The position numbers and the translations under genes are program-made. DNA of 44,241 nucleotides from Escherichia phage vB_EcoP_KAW1A4500: the sequence record MK373773.1; one strand, 5' to 3'. A model generated the notes under the pieces. That model ran no database searches and was not told where the DNA came from. It saw only the letters and a list, made by a program, of their open reading frames with translations. Shown here piece by piece: positions 15,307-23,555 of the stretch; the first letter of the stretch is position 1; each line of letters starts with the position of its first letter.

Positions 15307-15678
15307 ATGTTCAAGATTGAAACTATCGTAAACCGTGTTGTTAAAGGTGCTGCTCTGGTATCCGTTGAGTCTTTCATTATCGTCGATGAAGCTGATCAAC
15401 TGGTAGCTGGTACTAAGGCTTACGATACCCGTGAAGAAGCTCAGGCTAAGATTGACAGCATGGGTAACTTCGCTGCTGGTCTGGAGTTCGCTCGTGCTTG
15501 CTTCCCTGAGCAGGCTGACAAAGCCCAGATCGGGAAGGCTAACATCGTAGCTGAATATCTGGATTGGATTGCTGCTGGTAAACCAGTGAAAGAAGTTAAA
15601 GCTGCTGAAGAAGCTGAAGCTCCTGCAGTAGAAGTGTCTGCACCGGAAGCTCCGGTTAGCGAAGAGGAAGAGTTTTGA
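15307..15678 (+). CDS. Hypothetical protein with acidic C-terminal tail ending EEEEF (123 aa)
   Basis: ORF track; AAGGAG RBS; acidic tail ending in Phe recalls T7 gp2.5/gp4 polymerase-binding tails (inference). Confidence 0.6.
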   Translation: MFKIETIVNRVVKGAALVSVESFIIVDEADQLVAGTKAYDTREEAQAKIDSMGNFAAGLEFARACFPEQADKAQIGKANIVAEYLDWIAAGKPVKEVKAAEEAEAPAVEVSAPEAPVSEEEEF

Positions 15679-15736
15679 TAATAGCAGGTGTAGCCTCTGT
15701 TAGTCCTAGTTGACTATCACGCTCACCTCATCTAAT

Positions 15737-15770
15737 GCCCTGTCTGCCTTAGTGTAGGCAGGGTCTTTTG
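15737..15770 (+). terminator. Hairpin plus T-tract terminator candidate
   Basis: GCCCTGTCTGCCTTAGTGTAGGCAGGGTCTTTTG; near-identical in sequence to the post-capsid terminator at 24772..24806. Confidence 0.5.
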
Positions 15771-15795
15771 CGTAATAGTTATTGGAGAATGAATT

Positions 15796-16068
15796 ATGCC
15801 GACTATTGAATCTCGAATTGAACTGGACATTAGCTACAATGCAATCACCAGACAGTATATTGGGGTTGCCTATGATTACAAAACTGGTGAGAAGCTAGTG
15901 GAGGTGAGACAATGGGATGACTATTGGTTAAGACAGAACCTCCATGATGCGGTGTCCTCCTTCTTGAAGGAGTGGCCTACATGCGACCAAACTTCGACTT
16001 CGGAGCTACAGTATCGGAAGACAATAATCTCATCCTGTGGCCGACTGAAGGTAATCGAATCGCTTTAA
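15796..16068 (+). CDS. Hypothetical protein (90 aa), 3-prime end overlaps exonuclease start
   Basis: ORF track; GGAG RBS; an 88-nt overlap with the exonuclease is unusual, so the true end is uncertain. Confidence 0.4.
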   Translation: MPTIESRIELDISYNAITRQYIGVAYDYKTGEKLVEVRQWDDYWLRQNLHDAVSSFLKEWPTCDQTSTSELQYRKTIISSCGRLKVIESL

Positions 16069-17009
16069 TAGATGCTGATATGTTACCCTACATCGTAGGT
16101 TATACAATCAGTGACATGACTTATTTACGAGCCACAACTCGTGTTAAGTCAGGACAAGTCCCATCAATCAAAGATACACCTGAGTGTAAGCAAGCATGTG
16201 ACCGTGTGAACTCCTTGCTTAACTCTTGGGTGTATGCAGCAGAGTGTGATGCAGCTAAGCTATTCATGACGAAATCAGAAGCTAACTTCCGTGTCCGCCT
16301 AGCATTCACAAAGCCTTATAAGGGTCAACGTAAGACCGAGAAGCCTCCGTTCTTCTATGAATTGCGAGAGCATCTCTTAGAGGTTCATGGTGCAATCTTG
16401 GCAGATGGAGAAGAAGCTGATGACCTCATGAGCATCGCACAATGGGACAGCCACCGCCGCTTCCAGCAAGATACAGGTAACGAGTTCCCTATCGGTAGTC
16501 CAGAGCATAAAGCATTCTCTGATACTTGCATCGTTTCCTTGGATAAGGATTTGATGATTGTACCCGGTTGGCATCTTCAGCCGGGAGGTGAGAAGAAATG
16601 GGTAGAACCTATGGGTTGGCTTGAGTTACGCCGCAAGGCTAATGGTCAAGTCAAAGACCTAAAAGGTGCTGGCCTCATGTTCCATTATGCACAGATGGTT
16701 ATTGGTGATGATATTGATAACTATGCTGGTATACCTGGACGTGGTGCTAAATACGCCTATGATCTTCTCAAAGATTGTAAGACAGAGAAAGAGTTGTACA
16801 TGGCAGTGCTTGGTGCATATAAGGCTAAGTTCGGACATGGACAAGTTAAGATTAAGAATTACCGAGGTGGTTATCGTATCGGCAAGGCTTTTGATCTCAT
16901 GCTTGAATGCGGTCGCCTAGCTCACATGGCAAGATTCAAAGGTGACATCTGGCGAGCCGATAAGAATGAAATCTTATGGGGAGAAGGTGATGGATGGCTA
17001 ATAAACTAA
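15981..17009 (+). CDS. 5-prime to 3-prime exonuclease (T7 gene 6 / FEN family)
   Basis: ORF track 15972..17009 with ATG at 15981 after AAGGAG; IALIDADMLPY, GEEADDLM and GDDIDNYAGIPG motifs typical of flap endonuclease-like exonucleases. Confidence 0.8.
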   Translation: MRPNFDFGATVSEDNNLILWPTEGNRIALIDADMLPYIVGYTISDMTYLRATTRVKSGQVPSIKDTPECKQACDRVNSLLNSWVYAAECDAAKLFMTKSEANFRVRLAFTKPYKGQRKTEKPPFFYELREHLLEVHGAILADGEEADDLMSIAQWDSHRRFQQDTGNEFPIGSPEHKAFSDTCIVSLDKDLMIVPGWHLQPGGEKKWVEPMGWLELRRKANGQVKDLKGAGLMFHYAQMVIGDDIDNYAGIPGRGAKYAYDLLKDCKTEKELYMAVLGAYKAKFGHGQVKIKNYRGGYRIGKAFDLMLECGRLAHMARFKGDIWRADKNEILWGEGDGWLIN

Positions 17010-17404
17010 AATCTTCAGAGGTGGCAACTTATAAGAAAGAGCTTATGGAAAAGCAAGGTTGGAAGTGCCCTCTGTGCGGAGGCAGCCTCAAGGCAGTAAG
17101 TCCTATCAACCGTGTACTTGACCATGATCATGAGACAGGTTTCTGTCGTGCTGTTGTGTGTCGAGGTTGCAACGGTGCAGAAGGAAAGATTAAAGGTGTT
17201 ATATCTGGCTACGGAAAGGCAGGTAATAACCGCTACTTCCAACTACAATGGTTAGAACGCCTGTATAACTACTGGAAGCTACATAGTACACCTCAGACAG
17301 ATAAGTTATATCATAATCATAAAACGGAGGCAGAGAAACGAGAGGCTAAGAATCGTAAAGCTCGCCTTGCTTATGCAAGAAAGAAGGAGGTTAAGAGTGG
17401 CTAA
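16994..17404 (+). CDS. Endonuclease VII-type Holliday junction resolvase (136 aa)
   Basis: CPLCG...DHDHETG...CRGCNGAEG zinc-binding and catalytic motifs as in T4 endonuclease VII. Confidence 0.8.
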   Translation: MANKLKSSEVATYKKELMEKQGWKCPLCGGSLKAVSPINRVLDHDHETGFCRAVVCRGCNGAEGKIKGVISGYGKAGNNRYFQLQWLERLYNYWKLHSTPQTDKLYHNHKTEAEKREAKNRKARLAYARKKEVKSG

Positions 17405-18404
17405 ACTTCGTAGCCTTTATAAAGACTCCGAGGTGCTTGATGCAATCGAGCAAGCTACCGACGAGAAAGGTAATGTTAACTATAATGAGATGGCGAAGAT
17501 TCTATCTAGCCACCCTGTGGGTAAGAAGATCACCCGTCAACTTGCTCGCTATTGGCATGGTCAATTCAAGAAGACCAAGAAGAATGGTGATTACTACCAG
17601 ACTCTTCTGCAAGAGGATAAGCGTATCAAAGAAGAGCGTAAGCTCAGGACTCCTGACCGCTACGAGGATTTGGCTATTGTACCATTGCCTGACTCGCCTC
17701 ATCGAAGTGTACTGGTAATCCCTGATACCCATGCACCGTATGAGCACCCAGATACCTTAGAGTTCCTTGCAGCAGTGGCAGCACGTTACCGTCCTGATAC
17801 GGTGGTTCATCTTGGAGATGAGGCAGACAAACATGCCTTATCGTTCCACGATTCGGACCCAAATCTGGACAGTGCTGGCATGGAATTAGAGAAGGCTCGT
17901 GTCTTCATGCACAAGTTGCACAAGATGTTTCCTGTGATGCGCCTGTGTCATTCTAATCACGGCTCTATGCACTTCCGTAAGGCAAGCGCCAAGGGTATTC
18001 CAGTGCAATATCTTCGTACATACCGTGAAGTCTTCTTCCCAAATGGAGGTGGCGACCAGTGGGATTGGCAACATACACACGTACTTGAGTTGCCGAATGG
18101 TGAACAGGTAGCATTCAAGCATCAACCTGCTGGCTCTGTCTTAGCAGATGCAGCGCATGAGCGTATGAACCTTGTGTGTGGTCACTTGCATGGTAAGATG
18201 TCTGTGGAGTACGCACGTAATACACATGAACAGTATTGGGCTGTGCAGGGCGGCTGTTTGATTGATGAGTCATCTCGTGCATTTGCCTATGGTCGTGAGT
18301 CCAAATACAAGCCAGCATTAGGTTGTGTGGTTATTCTGGAGGGTGTGCCGCACATTGTCCCGATGCAGACCAATAGTGACAATCGCTGGATTGGTAAGAT
18401 TTAG
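17397..18404 (+). CDS. Calcineurin-like metallophosphoesterase with N-terminal extension (335 aa from GTG)
   Basis: ORF track 17367..18404; GTG at 17397 follows AAGGAGG; metallophosphatase motifs DTHAPY, GDEAD, GHLHG. Confidence 0.72.
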   Translation: MAKLRSLYKDSEVLDAIEQATDEKGNVNYNEMAKILSSHPVGKKITRQLARYWHGQFKKTKKNGDYYQTLLQEDKRIKEERKLRTPDRYEDLAIVPLPDSPHRSVLVIPDTHAPYEHPDTLEFLAAVAARYRPDTVVHLGDEADKHALSFHDSDPNLDSAGMELEKARVFMHKLHKMFPVMRLCHSNHGSMHFRKASAKGIPVQYLRTYREVFFPNGGGDQWDWQHTHVLELPNGEQVAFKHQPAGSVLADAAHERMNLVCGHLHGKMSVEYARNTHEQYWAVQGGCLIDESSRAFAYGRESKYKPALGCVVILEGVPHIVPMQTNSDNRWIGKI

Positions 18405-18421
18405 TTGACACTATAGAACAA
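18399..18421 (+). promoter_or_regulatory. Phage RNAP promoter P7 (ATTTAGTTGACACTATAGAACAA)
   Basis: Consensus core with 2 upstream substitutions; overlaps the phosphoesterase stop. Confidence 0.65.
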
Positions 18422-18474
18422 AAAGGGGAGGTATTAGCTTACCCTTGATTGTATAGTGAATGGAGGAATTAATT

Positions 18475-18945
18475 ATGTCAAAGATTTATATTGGCGAATA
18501 CGTCGTACGCCGTGCAGCTTACCGAGATGCCTTCTGGAATAAATTGTGTGAAAGCCTAGGCAAGAAACCAGATGGGGTATTCAAAGTATCCCGTGCAGAG
18601 CCTAATTATAACTCTATCATGTTAGAAGGTGTTGAGAAGCGCGAATGGTATGCACCTTACTTCAAGGTTGTTGACTCATTGCAAGATGAAGATCCTAGCA
18701 CGTTGGACAACAATATGGTTACTAAGCCTAAGCACTACGAGTTCTTCGATGGGGTAGAGGCAATCACTATCATTGCTCGTAGTATGACCGAGAAGCAATT
18801 TGCTGGATATTGCATGGGTAATGCTTTGAAGTATCGTCTGCGTGCAGGTAAGAAATTCAATACTGAAGAAGACCTGAAGAAAGCAGACTACTATAAAGAG
18901 TTATTCCAGAAACATCGTCACGAATGTATTGATGAGGATATTTGA
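18475..18945 (+). CDS. DUF3310-like protein (156 aa)
   Basis: ORF track 18460..18945 with ATG at 18475; C-terminal KPKHYEFFDGVEAITIIA...GNALKYRLRAGKK...DLKKADYY matches the remembered DUF3310 pattern. Confidence 0.6.
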   Translation: MSKIYIGEYVVRRAAYRDAFWNKLCESLGKKPDGVFKVSRAEPNYNSIMLEGVEKREWYAPYFKVVDSLQDEDPSTLDNNMVTKPKHYEFFDGVEAITIIARSMTEKQFAGYCMGNALKYRLRAGKKFNTEEDLKKADYYKELFQKHRHECIDEDI

Positions 18946-18946
18946 T

Positions 18947-19063
18947 ATGACTTGTCCTAATTGTGGAAGTGAAGAAACAGAACATGTAGTTATGTCAGAT
19001 ACTTATCATTTCTATTTCTGTCATAACTGCGACACTACCATTGAAGAGGAAGAAGCTGTATGA
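18947..19063 (+). CDS. Small zinc-ribbon protein (38 aa)
   Basis: MTCPNCG...FCHNCDT gives a CxxC...CxxC pair; start and stop overlap neighbours (TGATATG, ATGA). Confidence 0.45.
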   Translation: MTCPNCGSEETEHVVMSDTYHFYFCHNCDTTIEEEEAV

Positions 19064-20007
19064 ATATCTTTGAGTTCCTAGGTCTTCCAGAAGATCACCG
19101 CAATCACCCATTCATGCTAGTGAAACATCGCGGTGAAGTCCCTGAGAAGAAACTTACTTTTCCATGTTATGCACAGGTGAAACGAGATGGTATCTTTTCT
19201 GCTGTTGCTGTTCGCACTGATGGTGTCGTTGGCATTTTTGGTCGCACTGGTAAGAAACTGGCAAACACTGAAGTCCTCGAACAAACATTTGCTACCTTTC
19301 CGGTTGGCATTTATCTTGGTGAGCTTCAGTCTATGGCCGTTGATATCTACCTTGAAGCTCTATCAGGGGTGGTAAATCCTAATCGTACAGAGCCGCTTGA
19401 CTTTATAGGCCAGCAGATTAAAGACAACCTGTATATCGACTTCTTCGATATGTTAACCATTAAGGCATTCCATGATGGATTCACTGATGTTTCTTATCTC
19501 AAACGTTACGATGCTTTACATCGTCGCATCGGCACTCATCTTAGCGGGTACAACGCTATCCTTCCTATTACTCCTTGCCATAATGAGCGAGAAGTTGAAG
19601 CGTTTGCGCAAGAGCAAATAGACGCAGGCCGAGAGGGTGCTGTGTTTAAGCTGGACTGTGATTATGAAGCAGGCCACAAAGGTTATCGTCAGACTAAAGA
19701 AGTCCGTAAGGTAACTTATGACCTTACTTGTATTGGCTTTGAAGAAGGCAAAGGTAAGTACAAAGGTAAGGTAGCTAACCTCATTTTCAAATGGAAAGGA
19801 GGCAAGACAATCAAAGCTATGTTAGGTAAAGGGTGGACTCATGCAGATGCAGAACAGATGTTCCACGACATTAAACATGGTGGACGATTGAATGTCATTG
19901 GTAAAATCTTTGAAGTAAAAGGTCTTCAGGATTCAAGCAAGGGCAACATTCGTCTGCCCAAAGCGGGAGAATTAAGACATGACAAAGATGAACCAGATTT
20001 CTTTTGA
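19060..20007 (+). CDS. ATP-dependent DNA ligase (315 aa)
   Basis: ORF track; adenylation motif I KxDG (AQVKRDGIFS) and ligase-like downstream regions. Confidence 0.78.
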   Translation: MNIFEFLGLPEDHRNHPFMLVKHRGEVPEKKLTFPCYAQVKRDGIFSAVAVRTDGVVGIFGRTGKKLANTEVLEQTFATFPVGIYLGELQSMAVDIYLEALSGVVNPNRTEPLDFIGQQIKDNLYIDFFDMLTIKAFHDGFTDVSYLKRYDALHRRIGTHLSGYNAILPITPCHNEREVEAFAQEQIDAGREGAVFKLDCDYEAGHKGYRQTKEVRKVTYDLTCIGFEEGKGKYKGKVANLIFKWKGGKTIKAMLGKGWTHADAEQMFHDIKHGGRLNVIGKIFEVKGLQDSSKGNIRLPKAGELRHDKDEPDFF

Positions 20008-20194
20008 TAGCATGAAGGCAACTCGTGCAGTTGAGGTAGCAGAAGCTATCTTTGAAACTTTATCCTGTGGCATGGAAGTGCCATATAACTTACTGGCGGA
20101 TGCAGAAGCGCTTGGTCTTTCTGTAGAAGCTATCCAAGAGAAGGTTGAGGAACTCTATGGTACAGACGAAGAAGAAACCGACGATTTCATTTGA
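19979..20194 (+). CDS. Acidic protein, hypothetical (71 aa)
   Basis: ORF track; GGGAG RBS. Confidence 0.45.
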   Translation: MTKMNQISFDSMKATRAVEVAEAIFETLSCGMEVPYNLLADAEALGLSVEAIQEKVEELYGTDEEETDDFI

Positions 20195-20327
20195 AGGAAT
20201 GGAGATGCTTGAGATGATTCTCAAGCCTTCATCTCCGAAGGTGACTAAGACTCATGAAGAGCTAATTGTTGATGAAGTGAAGCGTTACATAATGGATTGT
20301 GTCAGAGCACAACTGGTGGTCCAATGA
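20157..20327 (+). CDS. Hypothetical protein (56 aa)
   Basis: ORF track 20145..20327 with ATG at 20157; overlaps neighbours. Confidence 0.35.
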   Translation: MVQTKKKPTISFEGMEMLEMILKPSSPKVTKTHEELIVDEVKRYIMDCVRAQLVVQ

Positions 20328-20785
20328 TACGTCCAGCTTCATTCCTAGATATTCCTGAGATTATAAACCTTGGGAATAAATATGTGGAAGAGGAAGTCAA
20401 GGTAGTGGCCCATCACTCAGCCTCATGGAATGCAGAACAAAGCGCACATAACCTTTGCGCATCTCTTAGTAGAGAGGATTTATTCCTGTGGGTAGCTGTG
20501 GATGAAGGGCAGATTGTAGGATTCCTGTGGGCTGGTTATCACGAGTTGGCCCCTTGGACACCTGTAAGAGTTGCCTCTGATATTCTCTTTTACATTATAC
20601 CAGAGAAGCGAGGGACACTGCTTGGTATGCGTCTCATCAAAGCGCTTAAGCAATGGGCTAGTGATAATGAATGCTCTGAGGTTCGCCTGTCTATCGCCTC
20701 TGGTATTAATGAAGAACGTGTCGGACGTATGTATAAGCGACTTGGCTTTGAACCGTTTGGCACTGTGTACAACCTGAAGTTCTAA
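20324..20785 (+). CDS. GNAT-family N-acetyltransferase (153 aa)
   Basis: ORF track 20297..20785 with ATG at 20324; ...IVGFLWAGY...IIPEKRGTLLGMRLIKALKQWA...RMYKRLGFEPFG matches the GNAT acetyl-CoA binding pattern. Confidence 0.72.
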   Translation: MIRPASFLDIPEIINLGNKYVEEEVKVVAHHSASWNAEQSAHNLCASLSREDLFLWVAVDEGQIVGFLWAGYHELAPWTPVRVASDILFYIIPEKRGTLLGMRLIKALKQWASDNECSEVRLSIASGINEERVGRMYKRLGFEPFGTVYNLKF

Positions 20786-20794
20786 GGAGATAAC

Positions 20795-21004
20795 ATGGGT
20801 GTTGTAAAGAAAGCATTTAAGGCTATCGGTCTTGCTCAAGATGCACCACGTATTGAAGCCAAAGTCCCAGCACAGCAGCTTGAGCGTAAGCCTGAGACTG
20901 AAGCTGAAGATATTCAAATTGGTGCAGGTGGTGATGATGCGACTGCATCTGCAAAAGGTAAGCGCGGCCTTGTCCGTCCGGTAGCTTCTAGCTTGAAGGT
21001 GTAA
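20795..21004 (+). CDS. Small virion-associated protein, gp6.7-like (69 aa)
   Basis: ORF track; AAGGAG RBS; immediately upstream of portal; composition resembles T7 gp6.7 (weak). Confidence 0.5.
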   Translation: MGVVKKAFKAIGLAQDAPRIEAKVPAQQLERKPETEAEDIQIGAGGDDATASAKGKRGLVRPVASSLKV

Positions 21005-21005
21005 T

Positions 21006-22556
21006 ATGAAACAGAGCACAGATTTGGAGTATGGAGGTAAGCGGTCTAAGATACCTAAGCTATGGGAGAAGTTCTCCACTAAACGTAGCTCTTTCCTTGA
21101 TAGGGCGAAGCATTACTCCAAATTAACCTTGCCCTATCTGATGAATGACAAAGGTGATAACGAGACTTCGCAGAATGGATGGCAAGGTGTAGGTGCTCAG
21201 GCAACTAATCATCTAGCCAACAAGCTAGCGCAAGTACTATTCCCTGCACAGCGTTCCTTCTTCCGTGTAGACTTAACTGCACAAGGTGAGAAGGTTCTTA
21301 ATCAGCGTGGCCTGAAGAAGACAGAGCTAGCTACCATCTTCGCTCAAGTTGAAACACGGGCAATGAAAGAGTTAGAGCAACGTCAATTCCGGCCTGCTGT
21401 AGTGGAAGCATTCAAGCATCTTATTGTTGCTGGTAGCTGTATGCTATACAAGCCGAGCAAAGGTGCAATCAGTGCTATCCCAATGCATCACTATGTAGTT
21501 AACCGTGATACCAATGGCGACCTGTTAGACATTATCTTACTGCAAGAGAAAGCCTTACGCACCTTTGACCCAGCTACACGTGCTGTAGTAGAGGTTGGCC
21601 TGAAAGGTAAGAAGTGCAAGGAGGATGACAGCGTTAAGCTGTACACACATGCTAAGTATCTTGGTGATGGATTTTGGGAACTCAAGCAATCTGCTGATGA
21701 TATCCCTGTGGGTAAGGTGAGTAAAATCAAATCAGAAAAGCTACCTTTCATCCCATTAACTTGGAAGCGAAGCTATGGTGAGGATTGGGGTCGCCCTCTT
21801 GCAGAGGATTACTCCGGTGATTTATTCGTTATCCAATTCTTATCTGAAGCGGTTGCCCGTGGTGCTGCGCTGATGGCAGATATCAAGTACCTGATTCGTC
21901 CGGGTGCTCAAACTGATGTTGACCACTTTGTTAACTCTGGCACTGGTGAGGTTGTCACTGGTGTAGAAGAAGACATCCATATTGTACAGTTAGGTAAGTA
22001 CGCAGACCTCACACCTATTAGCGCGGTTCTAGAGGTATACACTCGCCGTATCGGTGTTGTCTTCATGATGGAGACAATGACACGCCGTGACGCCGAACGT
22101 GTTACTGCTGTAGAAATCCAGCGAGATGCGTTAGAGATTGAGCAGAACATGGGTGGTGTATACTCCCTCTTTGCTACTACTATGCAATCGCCAGTAGCGA
22201 TGTGGGGTCTGCTGGAGGCAGGGGAGTCCTTCACTAGTGACTTAGTGGACCCTGTGATTATCACAGGTATTGAAGCTTTAGGACGCATGGCTGAGTTGGA
22301 TAAACTGGCTAACTTTGCTCAGTATATGTCACTGCCATTACAATGGCCTGAGCCTGTCCTAGCTGCTGTGAAATGGCCTGACTATATGGATTGGGTGCGT
22401 GGTCAAATCTCTGCTGAACTGCCGTTCCTTAAATCGGCTGAAGAGATGGCACAAGAACAGGAAGCACAGATGCAAGCGCAGCAAGCACAGATGCTTGAAG
22501 AGGGTGTGGCTAAGGCCGTGCCTGGTGTAATTCAACAAGAACTTAAGGAGGCGTAA
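21006..22556 (+). CDS. Portal (head-to-tail connector) protein
   Basis: 516 aa; first gene of the late module directly before scaffold and capsid, as in the T7 group; overlapping start/stop. Confidence 0.82.
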   Translation: MKQSTDLEYGGKRSKIPKLWEKFSTKRSSFLDRAKHYSKLTLPYLMNDKGDNETSQNGWQGVGAQATNHLANKLAQVLFPAQRSFFRVDLTAQGEKVLNQRGLKKTELATIFAQVETRAMKELEQRQFRPAVVEAFKHLIVAGSCMLYKPSKGAISAIPMHHYVVNRDTNGDLLDIILLQEKALRTFDPATRAVVEVGLKGKKCKEDDSVKLYTHAKYLGDGFWELKQSADDIPVGKVSKIKSEKLPFIPLTWKRSYGEDWGRPLAEDYSGDLFVIQFLSEAVARGAALMADIKYLIRPGAQTDVDHFVNSGTGEVVTGVEEDIHIVQLGKYADLTPISAVLEVYTRRIGVVFMMETMTRRDAERVTAVEIQRDALEIEQNMGGVYSLFATTMQSPVAMWGLLEAGESFTSDLVDPVIITGIEALGRMAELDKLANFAQYMSLPLQWPEPVLAAVKWPDYMDWVRGQISAELPFLKSAEEMAQEQEAQMQAQQAQMLEEGVAKAVPGVIQQELKEA

Positions 22557-23476
22557 TGTCTTTCTCATTTACTGAACCGTCAACCACTCACCCTACTGCT
22601 GAAGAGGGTACGGTAGAAACCAAGGAGGTAACAACTGATGCTGCTATTACTGATGCTCCTGCTGACGCTGGCACTGCTGTACAAGATGACAATGCTGGTG
22701 CACAACCTACTGAAGACACCGGAGGAGAAGCTTCTGGACAGCCTTCAGAAAAAGGAGACAATGGCGGAGAGAATGGTGAACCTAAGCCAGATGATACCGC
22801 GACCGACACTGAGGAAGTGCAATACTTCTTCGGAGAACATGAAGTAACAGTAGACATCCCACAGGATGTAACTGACAGCCTTAAAGAGAAAGGCATTGAT
22901 GCCAAGCAGGTTGCCAAGGAACTCTATTCCAAAGGTGGCAAGTTTGAACTGTCAGATGCAACCAAGCAGAAATTGTATGATGCTTTTGGCAAGTTTGCGG
23001 TAGATGCTTACCTGTCAGGTCTTAAGGCTCAAAATGAAGCCTTCTTCCTGAAAGAAGCCAACGCAGCTAAAGAGTTGGAAGCAGCTAACACCCAACGATT
23101 CTCTGATGTTTCTAAGGAAATTGGTGGCGAAGAAGGTTGGTCCCGTCTTGAGGAGTGGGCGCTTGAAACTCTATCCGATGACGAACTCACGGCATTCAAT
23201 GCGGTGATGGAGTCTGGCAACCAGTACCTCCAGCAGTACGCTGTGCGTGAACTGGAGAGCCGCCGTAAGCAGGCACAGGGGGATGATAAGCCATCCCTGA
23301 TTGAGCCATCAGCACCTGCTAAGGCTAATGAAGAGAATGGCCCACTGACGCGAGATCAGTACGTTCAAGCAATCGCAACTCTTAGCCAGAAGTACGGCAA
23401 TGACCGTAAAGCTATGGCAGAAGCTCAGGCTAAACTGGACGCCCGTCGCCGTGCTGGCATGGCTCGCGGTATCTAA
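22556..23476 (+). CDS. Capsid assembly scaffolding protein
   Basis: 306 aa, acidic low-complexity N-terminus and helical C-terminus; between portal and capsid. Confidence 0.78.
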   Translation: MSFSFTEPSTTHPTAEEGTVETKEVTTDAAITDAPADAGTAVQDDNAGAQPTEDTGGEASGQPSEKGDNGGENGEPKPDDTATDTEEVQYFFGEHEVTVDIPQDVTDSLKEKGIDAKQVAKELYSKGGKFELSDATKQKLYDAFGKFAVDAYLSGLKAQNEAFFLKEANAAKELEAANTQRFSDVSKEIGGEEGWSRLEEWALETLSDDELTAFNAVMESGNQYLQQYAVRELESRRKQAQGDDKPSLIEPSAPAKANEENGPLTRDQYVQAIATLSQKYGNDRKAMAEAQAKLDARRRAGMARGI

Positions 23477-23482
23477 TTCAGT

Positions 23483-23505
23483 ATTTACTGGACACTATAG
23501 AAGGG
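23483..23505 (+). promoter_or_regulatory. Phage RNAP promoter P8 for capsid gene (ATTTACTGGACACTATAGAAGGG)
   Basis: Consensus 23-mer; transcript would begin with a GGGAGA/TCTCCC hairpin (23503..23519). Confidence 0.82.
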
Positions 23506-23555
23506 AGAAAAGCTCTCCCTAGTTATCAATTTGATTTATAAGGAGATTATAATAC

